Assembly (NCBI GenBank): GCA_965223265.1 | Contig: OZ244999.1 | Location: 2,432,001 to 2,496,000, forward strand | DNA length: 64,000 nucleotides | From: Planctomycetota bacterium | GTDB lineage: Bacteria > Planctomycetota > UBA8108 > SXIK01 | Reading direction: 5' to 3' | Shown: one piece after another, positions 39,587 through 48,602 of the stretch | Layout: every line of letters begins with the position of its first letter | Numbering within the stretch: position 1 is the stretch's first letter | Program-made: the position numbers and the translations under genes | The notes under the pieces: generated by a model | What the model saw: the letters and a program-made list of their open reading frames with translations, nothing else | What the model was told of the DNA's origin: nothing | The model's database searches: none

Positions 39587-40404
39587 AAAGGGCGCGTCGA
39601 AAGAGCCATTCGCTACGTACGCGACAACTTCATCCCTGCCCGTTCGTTCACGAGCTTCGAGGACATCAACGTGCAGGCTGATCAATGGTGCATGGGAAGC
39701 ACACTGCGACGCCCTTGGCAAGAGGATCGCAAGCAGACCGTTGCCGACGCACTCGAGCGGGATCGAGCCGCTCTGCGACCTCTTCCCGACAATCCGTTTC
39801 CCTGTGAAGAGCGCGTCGTTGTCAGCGCCGGAAAGACGCCCTACGTTCGTTTCGATCTCAACGATTACTCGATCCCTCACACGCATGTCGGCAAGCGCCT
39901 CGTCGTACTGGCGGATCTCCACACTGTCCGCGTTCTCGAGGGCGTCGAGGAGATCGCTCGGCACAAGCGATCGTTCGAACGCGATCGACAGATCGAGGAC
40001 GCTAATCACATCGAGACTCTCGCCGCTAAGAAACGGCATGCCGGCAAGACGCGCCGGACCGACGTGCTGGCGAAGGTCGCACCTTCAAGTGTGGAGCTTC
40101 TTCAGAAGCTGGCTGAACGCCACCAGGCGCTTGGACGTCACGTGCGGGAGCTGCACGACCTCCTTCGGACCTACGGTGCACAGAAGCTTGAAGCGGCGAT
40201 CAAGGAAGCACTGGAAAGCGAAGCACCACATCCGCAGGCAGTTCGACACGTCCTCGAGCGAGATCGAGAAGCTCAAGGACAGGCCGCCGCGCTGCCGCTG
40301 CCGCTTCCTGACGACCCGAGGTTCGTGGGGCTCGAGTTCACACCGCACTCGCTCGAAGACTACGACGATTTTCTGAGCGACGGCCCTGAGAAGGAGGAAG
40401 ATCG

Positions 40405-41202
40405 ATGACCACGACAAGGAAAGAGGCGAGTGAATCGCCGGATGACTACCGGCGACGACTGGAGCTGCTGGGCTTCCGGGGAATCGCTGAGAACTGGGAA
40501 GAGTTCGCCGGGGCAGATTGGATGCCGCGGCTCCTCAAGGTCGAGGAGAGAGACCGTGCCAAGCGGGGTCTTGAGCGAAGGCTTCGAAACGCTAAGCTCG
40601 GACGCTTCAAACCGTTCGCGGACTTCGACGGCTCCTGGCCGACGAAATACGATAGCGAACAGGTCCAGGAGACGTTCTCGCTCAGCTTCGTCGAGGAGGC
40701 GGCAAACGTCGTCCTGGTCGGACCGAACGGCATCGGCAAGACGATGATCGCCAAGAACCTCGCCTACGAGGCCGTCCTACGCGGGCACACTGCGCGCTTC
40801 ATCACAGCCAGCGAGCTCCTCAACGACCTCGCGGCACAAGACACCGGCACCGCGCTGGCGCGAAAACTCAGGCAGTACTCGCACTGGAAAGTTCTCGTCA
40901 TCGACGAAGTGGGCTACCTCGCCACCACGAATCGTCACGCCGATCTGCTGTTCGAGCTCGTCAATCGTCGCTACGAAGAGAAGCCGATCATCATGACGAC
41001 CAACAAAGTGTTCTCCGAATGGGGCGAAGTCTTTCCCAGCTCCACATGCGTTGTCACCATGATCGACCGACTCGTGCACAAGTCCGAGATCATCAAGCTC
41101 GAAGGTGAGTCCTATCGCGTCAAGGAGGCGAAGGAGCGCGAGGCCGAGCGTCAAGCCAAACGGACGGCCAAGAAGAAGACCTCGAAGAAACAGAGGGCCT
41201 GA
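40405..41202 (+). CDS. istB: IS21 helper ATPase IstB
   Basis: GPNGIGKT, LVIDEVGY, TTNK.FSEW, IDRLVH, GESYR. Confidence 0.95.
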   Translation: MTTTRKEASESPDDYRRRLELLGFRGIAENWEEFAGADWMPRLLKVEERDRAKRGLERRLRNAKLGRFKPFADFDGSWPTKYDSEQVQETFSLSFVEEAANVVLVGPNGIGKTMIAKNLAYEAVLRGHTARFITASELLNDLAAQDTGTALARKLRQYSHWKVLVIDEVGYLATTNRHADLLFELVNRRYEEKPIIMTTNKVFSEWGEVFPSSTCVVTMIDRLVHKSEIIKLEGESYRVKEAKEREAERQAKRTAKKKTSKKQRA

Positions 41203-41203
41203 G

Positions 41204-41479
41204 ATGATCTCCCGGCAGAGGCTCAGACAGCTTCGTAATCGCGTTCCGATCGACGACCTGTTCGCGGAGCTCGACATCCCAGCGAAGCGGAGCGAAGGCT
41301 ACACACGCTTCCTCTGTCCCCTCTGCCAGGAGTTCAACACCGCGACGAATCCAGCGACCAACCTTGCTCGCTGTTTTCGGTGTCAGAGGAACTTCAACCC
41401 CATCGACCTCGTCATGGTCGTCACCGGGTGCAAATTCCTCGAGGCGGTCTGTCGCGTCGAGACGCTACTGAACGAGTAG
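41204..41479 (+). CDS. CHC2-like zinc-finger protein
   Basis: FLCPLC...NLARCFRC..NFNPIDL....F.EAV. Confidence 0.75.
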   Translation: MISRQRLRQLRNRVPIDDLFAELDIPAKRSEGYTRFLCPLCQEFNTATNPATNLARCFRCQRNFNPIDLVMVVTGCKFLEAVCRVETLLNE

Positions 41480-41802
41480 CTCGGAGGCTCGAACGTGTTA
41501 ATCACCGAATAGTGTCCTTTTTCGGCCACCGTCAACACCCAAGGCGACCTCCGAAGCGCTCTTCCGCATGATCAGCCGTCACCTGGAGGAGACGGCGCTC
41601 TCGAAGGTGCACCCGGTGATCGTCTTCGATGAGTGATGTGGAGCTCCACATCACCGCACACATGGGGAGTTCGGAGTTATGTGGAGTAGCGGAGTGAAGT
41701 CGTTGCTTTACAACACGTTCCAGTTCTCGCTCTCCCCATAAACCGGTAGCGTCGGTCTCCTCAGCACCCGCGGTGGGTGCCCCTCAAATCGGGAGATCGA
41801 CC

Positions 41803-43062
41803 ATGATCGAAAAAGCTGAATCGTTCCCAGGCAGATCGTCACTCAGCGGCCTCGTCGCCGCTGCTCTTCGCCACCTCGAAGGTCTCGGCTACAGCCGACG
41901 AACTGTCGGGTACTATCGGAATTCGTGGAACAAGCTTCTCGAGTTCGCTCGAGAGTCGAAGCGGCGCGCGTTCTCGTCCGAACTCGTCTGTCGGTTCTTG
42001 GCTCACCACGGGATCAGCTCCGACGCTGATCAGGGGAAGCTACGCTGGCGTGAGGTCGAGCTGCTCAAGGCGCTGCGGATCCTCACGGAGTTCGCCGAAG
42101 GCGGCAGCTTTCGGCCGTACCGCAAGCGGCTTCCCGAGCCGGTCTTCGCCAAGACGATCGCGGCCGAGCTACTGGCCTACGAGGCCTTCTGCCGTGAGCA
42201 CCTCGGACATCGCCCCTGCACCGTCGCGCAGCGCCGAAGAGTGGTCGTCCAGTTCTTTCAGTTCCTCAACCCTCGAGGCATCTCCGCCTTGCGAGGACTG
42301 AGGACGCGCGACTTCTGCGATTTTCTCGACTCTCTCACGCAGTTGAGTCCTCCGTCGCTCGCCGCCGTATCAGGAGCGCTCAAGTCCTTTGTCCGCTACC
42401 TGTGCATGCGTGGGATCGTCGAACCGAAGGTGGCGGATGAATGGGTTCCCATCCGCTTCGCGAAGGAGAGTCGGCTTCCGTCCGTCTGGCCGGCAAGCGC
42501 GGTAAAGGAACTCCTCGCCGCTGTGGATCGTAGCACCACACAGGGCAAACGAGATTACGCCATCCTTCTCCTCGCTTGCCGCTTCGGCCTTCGAGCCAGC
42601 GACATTCGGACGTTGCGTCTCGACGACATCCGTTGGTCGAACGGTCGCATTGACCTTCGTCAGTCGAAGACAGGTCAGCCGTTGACGCTCCCCCTCGAGG
42701 ACGACGTCGCCGACGCACTCATCGATTACCTCCAACACGGCCGGCCGGCGACGAGCTATCGCCAGGTGTTTCTGAAGACCCGTGCTCCGGTGGCACCTCT
42801 CGGGGAGCGAAACAATCTCGTCACCATCGTGTCTTCTCACCTCAGCGGCCTGAAGACGCCTCTGCCTGCGGAGACCCGACGCGGCCTCCATGCTCTTCGT
42901 CACACTCTAGCCACACGTCTCCTCCGGGCTGGCGAACCGCTCGAGACGATTGCGGCGATCCTCGGACACACCTCGGTCGAGTCGACCAGGCTCTATACGA
43001 GTCTCGACCTGGAAGCTCTGCATTGCGTCGCTCTCGACCCCGAGGAGGTGCTCCATGGGTAG
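41803..43062 (+). CDS. Tyrosine recombinase, RitA-like
   Basis: RDYAILLL...GLRASD, QSKTG, HALRHTLAT, LGH...ST..Y. Confidence 0.93.
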   Translation: MIEKAESFPGRSSLSGLVAAALRHLEGLGYSRRTVGYYRNSWNKLLEFARESKRRAFSSELVCRFLAHHGISSDADQGKLRWREVELLKALRILTEFAEGGSFRPYRKRLPEPVFAKTIAAELLAYEAFCREHLGHRPCTVAQRRRVVVQFFQFLNPRGISALRGLRTRDFCDFLDSLTQLSPPSLAAVSGALKSFVRYLCMRGIVEPKVADEWVPIRFAKESRLPSVWPASAVKELLAAVDRSTTQGKRDYAILLLACRFGLRASDIRTLRLDDIRWSNGRIDLRQSKTGQPLTLPLEDDVADALIDYLQHGRPATSYRQVFLKTRAPVAPLGERNNLVTIVSSHLSGLKTPLPAETRRGLHALRHTLATRLLRAGEPLETIAAILGHTSVESTRLYTSLDLEALHCVALDPEEVLHG

Positions 43063-44035
43063 CGAACAGTCAGCGTTTCGCAGTCCCGTGCGAGATCTGA
43101 TGGTGAAGTTCCTCGAGGAGAAGCGCGGCTGTGGATACCGCTATGAGAGGGAGGAGTACCTTCTGCGAGCGTTGGACAGCTTCCTCGTTGCTCGAGGGCT
43201 TCAACGCCGGGAGCTGCCGAGAGTCCTCGTACAGGACTGGACCGCCGCGCGCGCCGATGAACGTCCCAGGACGCAGCGCATGCGGCTGACGATCGTTCGT
43301 CAACTGGCGATCTTCCTCTGTCGGCAAGGCTGCTCGGCCTACGTTACGCCCCTGAATCCAAGGCGCGGTACACGTCGTGAATTCACGGCGCGCATCTTCA
43401 GCCGGGAGGAAATCGCAAAGATCCTTCAGGCAGCTGACGACCTCGCCCCCTGTCGATGGTCGCCTCTCTATCATCTCGTGATCCCGGAACTCTTCCGCGT
43501 GCTCTACGGCTGCGGTCTTCGCCGAGGAGAGGCTCTTCGCTTGACAGTCGGAGACGTCGATCTCGTGGACGGAGTCCTTCGAATTCGCGAAGGCAAGTTT
43601 CGCAAGGACCGCCTTGTTCCCATCGCTCCCGGCTTGACTGAGCGGCTTCGTAGGTACGCCGAAGCACTCGACCCCCGCGAGCCTGGACAGCCGTTCTTCC
43701 CGTCCCCGCGCGGCGGCGCGTATTCCTCCGGGCGCGTGTACACGATTTTCCGCAAGCTCTTGGGAGCCGCTGGCATTCCACACCACGGTCGCGGACGCGG
43801 CCCTCGTCTCCACGAGATTCGCCATTCCTTTGCCGTACATCGGCTCGAGAACTGGTATGCGGAGGGTGTGGATTTGAACGCGAAGCTGCCGCTGCTCTCG
43901 TCGTACATGGGCCACCGCTGCATGCACGGTACCCAGGTCTACCTCCAGATGACCGAGAGCCTGTTCACCAACGTCACGGAACGGCTCGAAGCCGTCTGCG
44001 GTCATGCCATTCCGAGCGGGAGCAGAACCTCATGA
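43055..44035 (+). CDS. Tyrosine recombinase, RitB-like
   Basis: GCGLRRGEA, KFRKDR, PRLHEIRHSFAV, LSSYMGH....TQVYL. Confidence 0.93.
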   Translation: MGSEQSAFRSPVRDLMVKFLEEKRGCGYRYEREEYLLRALDSFLVARGLQRRELPRVLVQDWTAARADERPRTQRMRLTIVRQLAIFLCRQGCSAYVTPLNPRRGTRREFTARIFSREEIAKILQAADDLAPCRWSPLYHLVIPELFRVLYGCGLRRGEALRLTVGDVDLVDGVLRIREGKFRKDRLVPIAPGLTERLRRYAEALDPREPGQPFFPSPRGGAYSSGRVYTIFRKLLGAAGIPHHGRGRGPRLHEIRHSFAVHRLENWYAEGVDLNAKLPLLSSYMGHRCMHGTQVYLQMTESLFTNVTERLEAVCGHAIPSGSRTS

Positions 44036-45051
44036 CGATCGCGAAACCCACCGACTTCGCCTGTCGACTCACTTCTTTCCTGACCGAGTACCTCCCATCC
44101 CAGCGAGGTCTCAGTCCGAACACGATCAAGAGCTACCGCGATGCGTTCGTGTTGCTGCTGCGCTACTGCCGTGAGGTCTGCGAGATGCGCATCGAGCGCC
44201 TGTCGCTGGAAGCGATCGACGCGTCTCTCATCGTGAAGTTTCTCGGGCATCTCGAGAAGGAGCGCGGCTCTTCAACCCGAACTCGAAACCATCGCCTCGC
44301 CGCATTCCACTCTTTCTTCAAGTACGTCCAAGTCGAGGAGCCGGATCGGATTCAACACTGCCAACGCATTCTCGCGATCCCGCTTCGGCGCATAGCGCAG
44401 ACTGAACCCACCTACCTGTCAGTCGAAGAACTGGCCGCGATCCTGAGACAACCAGACTCAACGACGCCTCAGGGACGCCGGGACGCTCTCATGTTGAGTC
44501 TGCTTTACGACACAGGAGCTCGCGTGCAGGAGTTGATCGATCTCTCGATCGCGGACCTTCGTCTCGCCTCCCCTCCGCAGGTGCGCTTGACTGGAAAGGG
44601 GCGAAAGATCCGCGTCGTCCCGCTCATGAAAGGAACGGCTGCCAACCTCGGCGAGTACGTCAAGGAGCACGCTCTCGATCGTCCCGAACAGGCGAACGAA
44701 CCGCTCTTCGTGAACCGGGCGGGTAACCGTCTCTCCCGATGGGGAATACGACATCTTCTGTCCAAGTACAGCGAGGCCGCTCGAGTCGAGTGCCCGACGC
44801 TACCGCAGAAGATCACTCCTCATACCTTACGCCACACGAAGGCGATGCACCTCTTGCAGAGCGGCAACCCCGCCGTCGTAATCCGCGACTTCCTCGGTCA
44901 TTCGGACATCCAGAGCACCCAGATCTACGCGAAGGCCGACCTGGACATGAAGCGGCGCGCCCTCGAGAAGGCCAATCAGCTTCCGGAGAGCAAGAAGGAC
45001 CGATCGTGGCAACGCGATCCGGACCTTCTCACGTGGCTCGGATCGCTGTAG
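44032..45051 (+). CDS. Tyrosine recombinase, RitC-like
   Basis: TGARVQE, GKGRKIR, PHTLRHTKAMHLL, LGH..IQST.IY. Confidence 0.93.
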   Translation: MTIAKPTDFACRLTSFLTEYLPSQRGLSPNTIKSYRDAFVLLLRYCREVCEMRIERLSLEAIDASLIVKFLGHLEKERGSSTRTRNHRLAAFHSFFKYVQVEEPDRIQHCQRILAIPLRRIAQTEPTYLSVEELAAILRQPDSTTPQGRRDALMLSLLYDTGARVQELIDLSIADLRLASPPQVRLTGKGRKIRVVPLMKGTAANLGEYVKEHALDRPEQANEPLFVNRAGNRLSRWGIRHLLSKYSEAARVECPTLPQKITPHTLRHTKAMHLLQSGNPAVVIRDFLGHSDIQSTQIYAKADLDMKRRALEKANQLPESKKDRSWQRDPDLLTWLGSL

Positions 45052-45549
45052 ACGCGCGGCCGATTTATGGAGAGTCCCAACGCGCCGAAGCGCCTCCGGT
45101 CGAGACAGGCGTCCGCTACTCCACATAACTCCGAACTCCCCATGTGATGAGGCGCAGCTCATTCCGGTTCGTGTTCTTGAACAGTTGCCGGTGCTGCTCA
45201 ACTTCCAGAAGGACTCCAAGCCCTTTCTCTCCCTCGTGCTCATCGGCCTGCCGGAGCTTCGTGATCGACTGAGAAGAAACGTGCTCTCTTCTTTAGCGGC
45301 ACGGCTTCCGGTGCGCATCCAGCTCGATCCACTCGGCGCACTGGAGGTCACCTCCTACCTCAAGCATCGCCTTCGCACCGCCGGCTGCACCAAGGAAGTC
45401 TTCGGCGAAGACGCGGTGCTGCTCATAGCCGAAGCCACTAGCGGCGCGCTGCGCAAGATCGATGTCGTCGCGGCGCACTCACTAGAAGAGGCCACCGAAG
45501 GCAAGAGCTCTATCGTCGACACAGCGGTGGTGGAAAGAGCGATCAAACG

Positions 45550-46527
45550 ATGCGCCGAAGCTCTGAGCTAACAGAACCGCTCTCGGTCGTGCAGGTGGCA
45601 GCGGTACAGGCCGGTGGTGAGGGGACGAGCTGGCTGGTGGAGAGCCTCTGGGAAGAAGAAGGCGTCGGCATTCTCGGAGGCGCACCGAAATCGTGCAAAA
45701 GCTGGCTCGCCCTCGACCTAGCCTTCAGCGTCGCCACCGGCACGCCGGCCCTTGGGAAGTACGAGGTGAAGAAGCCTGGACCGGTTCTCATCTTTGCCGC
45801 TGAAGATCAGCCCGCGCGTGTGCGTTCGCGCCTCGAAGGTTTTGCCGCTCACCGCCGGCAGAGCCTTGAGCGCGCCCCAGTGCATCTCATCGTGGAGAAC
45901 GCTCTGCGGCTGGACACCGAGCGCGACCAACATCGATTAGCACAAGCCGTGGGCCGGTACCGACCGCGGCTGTTGGTGCTCGATCCCTTCGTGCGCTTAC
46001 ACCGAATCGATGAGAACTCCGCTCAGGAAGTCTCGCGGGTGCTGGCGTATCTGCGCGAGCTTCAGCGCCAGCATCACGTGGCGATCTTCCTCGTTCATCA
46101 CTCCCGCAAGGCGGGCGCCGGTGGGGAGCAGGCGGGCCTGAGTCTTCGTGGCTCAGGGGACTTCCACGCCTGGGGGGAGAGCAATCTCTATCTGCGCCGT
46201 CGTCGCGGTGCGCTAGAGCTTGCCGTGGAGCAGCGTAACGCGGCGGCGAGCGAGCCGATCCAGCTTGCGCTGCGTGCGGAGAATGACTCGCCGCCGCATC
46301 TGGAAGTGGTGTGTACTGCGGCGCAATCTGGAGAACTCCAAGAGCTCAAGTCGCAGGTGCTTGAAGTGCTCGCGGCCAGTGATGCGCCTCGTACGCAAGA
46401 CGCGCTGCGTTTGGAGCTTCGGGTACGGGTGCAACGCCTTCAGGCCGCTCTCAGAGGGTTAGAGAAAGAAGGGGTCCTCGAGAGGACGTCGACGGGCTGG
46501 CGCTTCCGGCCGGCGCCCGACTCTTGA
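45550..46527 (+). CDS. RecA-superfamily (AAA_25-like) ATPase
   Basis: WLVESL, GAPKSCKS, AED, LLVLDP, VHHSRK, LRGS. Confidence 0.85.
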   Translation: MRRSSELTEPLSVVQVAAVQAGGEGTSWLVESLWEEEGVGILGGAPKSCKSWLALDLAFSVATGTPALGKYEVKKPGPVLIFAAEDQPARVRSRLEGFAAHRRQSLERAPVHLIVENALRLDTERDQHRLAQAVGRYRPRLLVLDPFVRLHRIDENSAQEVSRVLAYLRELQRQHHVAIFLVHHSRKAGAGGEQAGLSLRGSGDFHAWGESNLYLRRRRGALELAVEQRNAAASEPIQLALRAENDSPPHLEVVCTAAQSGELQELKSQVLEVLAASDAPRTQDALRLELRVRVQRLQAALRGLEKEGVLERTSTGWRFRPAPDS

Positions 46528-46808
46528 GACGAGTCGCACCCGTTAAACTCCGACGGCTCCGAAATGACGTCGACATCACAATCGTCGTCGATCGCTTGGG
46601 CCTCTCGGTCTATCGCCCTGGCCGTCGGTGGCGCTTTCGCTGTCCGTCCTGCGGGAAAACCCAAACGCGGCGAACTCCCCGAAGCAATCTTGCGCATTGC
46701 TTTCTCTGCGCACAAAGCTTCAATCCCATCGACCTCGTTATCGCAGTGCGTCGCTGTAACTTCCTTCGAGCAGTCGAGTTCCTCGAAAAACTGTTGCTCG
46801 ACCGTTGA
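46524..46808 (+). CDS. CHC2-like zinc-finger protein, paralog of 41204-41479
   Basis: FRCPSC...NLAHCFLC..SFNPIDL....F..AV. Confidence 0.75.
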   Translation: MRRVAPVKLRRLRNDVDITIVVDRLGLSVYRPGRRWRFRCPSCGKTQTRRTPRSNLAHCFLCAQSFNPIDLVIAVRRCNFLRAVEFLEKLLLDR

Positions 46809-46957
46809 ATCGGAACGCTGGCAGTTGTGGGACCCCGCCCGTTTTATCTTTCCCAACACTACAGATGGGACGGGAAAGATAAAACCGTCACACCGCAGAC
46901 TCCAATCTCCCTGGGGTAATCTGATTGGGACGCCCTGGAATAACGTGCTCGGTAACA

Positions 46958-47860
46958 CCATGGAGCGGCGCACTTCGTCGACGGCGTCTGAGGCGAGCCG
47001 TTGGACATGGAAGCGATCAAAGATGATGTCCGCTTGGGGAAGCCAGTTCTCGACGGCCTTGATGTAGCCTCCCGCCATGTCGATCGTCACCTCTTTGATG
47101 TTGAAGCAACGCAGCACCCCGCCGAAGAACCCCTCGGGGACCTCGGCGCTTCGACCCTCACCTCACCAGCCCAGATCACTCGTCCACGATCGTGGTCAAC
47201 GACTATCGTCAAGTACCGATGCCTCTTTCGGTAGCTGAACTCATCGACCCCGATGCGACGGAGATCCTCGAGCCGCTCGGGATCGAGTCGCGAAGCGACG
47301 ATCGCCCCTACCGTAACCCACGAAATTCTCATCAGCTTGGCGACTTTCGTCTTGTCGGTGCCTTGCGCCAGGTAGGCGACCATTTCCTCGAAGTCATGGG
47401 TGAAGTGACTCTTGGGCGCCGCCCACGGCACTTCCTCGACTCGCACGCCACAGCGAGGGCAGTCAACGCGCCGTGGCGCGTAAGAGAGCCAGATCGAGCA
47501 GCGCCCCAGTGCGAGGTGCCGCCACCTGCGCGCTGGCTTCCTGTAATAGCCTGGCGCCTGCTTGCTGCAGCGGCTGCAGCGCGGCAAGCGCCAGCGGGGC
47601 TGAACATGGACCACAAGGCCATCGAATGCGAAGTCGACATTCTTGACGAGGAGTTTGGTGAAACCGAGAAGGTTTCGGAATACCGTGGTAACGTGCACGG
47701 GTTCTTGCCTCCTGTAGTCGTGGAAAACCACAGAAAAGCAGGAACTTCGTGCGCGTTTCCACCTCCAAGGGGTAGGAGTGGGCGACCAAGCGGCCGCGAA
47801 GCGTCAACTCCTGTCGCTCGATGGTTCCGTCAGGTCACCCACTCAGACTTTAGGAGAGCC
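46958..47860 (-). mobile_element. Truncated, frameshifted ISL3-family element
   Basis: End GGCTCTCCTAAAG at 47860; ISL3 motifs (RVEEVPWA, IGVDE, DRFHV); cut at 46957. Confidence 0.9.
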
Positions 47861-47954
47861 TGATTTCTCCGCTCCGGTGTATTCTGCGGAAGACAGCTGG
47901 CCGTTATGATCTGTTCGACAGGTTCCATTGATTGTCATCATTGAGGTGTTTACG

Positions 47955-48464
47955 ATGCAAAATCGATACAAAAGATTTTTTAAATTGTTGACATTTGTTT
48001 CTCTTTTCGTTGCGTTGACGGTTTTTGGTTGTTCTGGGTGCGCTCGAGATTTTGGCCCCCAGGGTGTGTTGACTTGCCGGTTTCGGGGAAACGAGGTCTT
48101 CGAAATCCGAACATTGGACCGAACTGAGGTCGTCATTGTTTTCGACGGTCCCATCGAGATCTCGTCTGCCGGACGAAGTGGTGGCGCTCGCCGAAACCGT
48201 AATAAGTACTGGTTCGAGGACCGCTTTACGACGACTGAAGGATTTCGTTTTGAAATGGCCTACACTAAACACAAGGGACAGATAACCATTAATAAACAAG
48301 AATATAGTATCCGCAATGGGAGGTTATTCTTAGTTCCATTTGGAGGGGGGAGGCCACAGCAACTCTTCGTGTCCGTGCCGAAGAGGTTGGAAGATATGCC
48401 GTCTTTTTTGGAGGCACTGGTGGCCGAGGATTCTGATGTGCGAAGATTTTTAAGCGAACCGTAA
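47955..48464 (+). CDS. AT-rich hypothetical lipoprotein; candidate orphan immunity protein
   Basis: GAGGTG before ATG 47955; basic N-terminus, hydrophobic core, VFGC lipobox. Confidence 0.7.
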   Translation: MQNRYKRFFKLLTFVSLFVALTVFGCSGCARDFGPQGVLTCRFRGNEVFEIRTLDRTEVVIVFDGPIEISSAGRSGGARRNRNKYWFEDRFTTTEGFRFEMAYTKHKGQITINKQEYSIRNGRLFLVPFGGGRPQQLFVSVPKRLEDMPSFLEALVAEDSDVRRFLSEP

Positions 48465-48602
48465 GGGTATTCTGCGAGTCTCTTTGGAGAATAGAAACCT
48501 TGGAATCGTGGGATCGATTATGAGCGAGGACAATTGGTATAGGGATCACATTCTCTGGAAGGCTGGCCAACATGGCATTCCGAATGAGGGTTGCTTTCTT
48601 TT

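Larger units (their letters stand above)
35529..40408 (+). pseudogene. istA: IS21 transposase IstA interrupted (35529-36211 and 39589-40408)
   Basis: QAQVDWG, LSYSR, LYDN, PYRGNE|KGRVERAIRYVRDNF, VRFDLNDYSIP. Confidence 0.92.
34752..41537 (+). mobile_element. IS21-family element with accessory genes
   Basis: About 40-bp IRs TGTYGACGGTG..CGAAA..GACACTATTCGGTGATTAA; 6-bp target duplication CCCAAG (34746-34751 and 41538-41543). Confidence 0.95.
41634..45145 (+). mobile_element. RIT element (recombinase in trio)
   Basis: Three overlapping tyrosine recombinases; perfect 35-bp IR (41659-41693 and 45112-45146); flanking GATGAG direct repeat; 20-bp palindrome at 41634-41653. Confidence 0.92.
34446..45571 (+). 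pseudogene. ExeA-like AAA ATPase split in three pieces (34446-34751, 41544-41633, 45152-45571)
   Basis: Walker A GEPGTGKT; removing the insertions restores LEPK-ATSEALF...VIVFDE-AQLIP in frame. Confidence 0.9.
32277..46957 (+). mobile_element. Outer transposon (Zn-ribbon protein, DDE/Mu-C transposase, ExeA-like ATPase, AAA_25-like ATPase, Zn finger) carrying nested elements
   Basis: Ends TGTTACGCAGCAGATTA and (reverse complement) TGTTACCGAGCACGTTA; cuts IS3 on the left and ISL3 on the right. Confidence 0.8.

Noticed and set aside
39249-40376. 375-aa plus-strand ORF and other long overlapping ORFs (e.g. 29669-30790, 43070-44005, 10845-11774)
   Set aside because: Shadow or antisense frames of well-supported genes in GC-rich DNA, with no motifs of their own
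32272-46962. Target-site duplication for the outer transposon
   Set aside because: Flanks CCAGC and CCATG differ and belong to different IS elements
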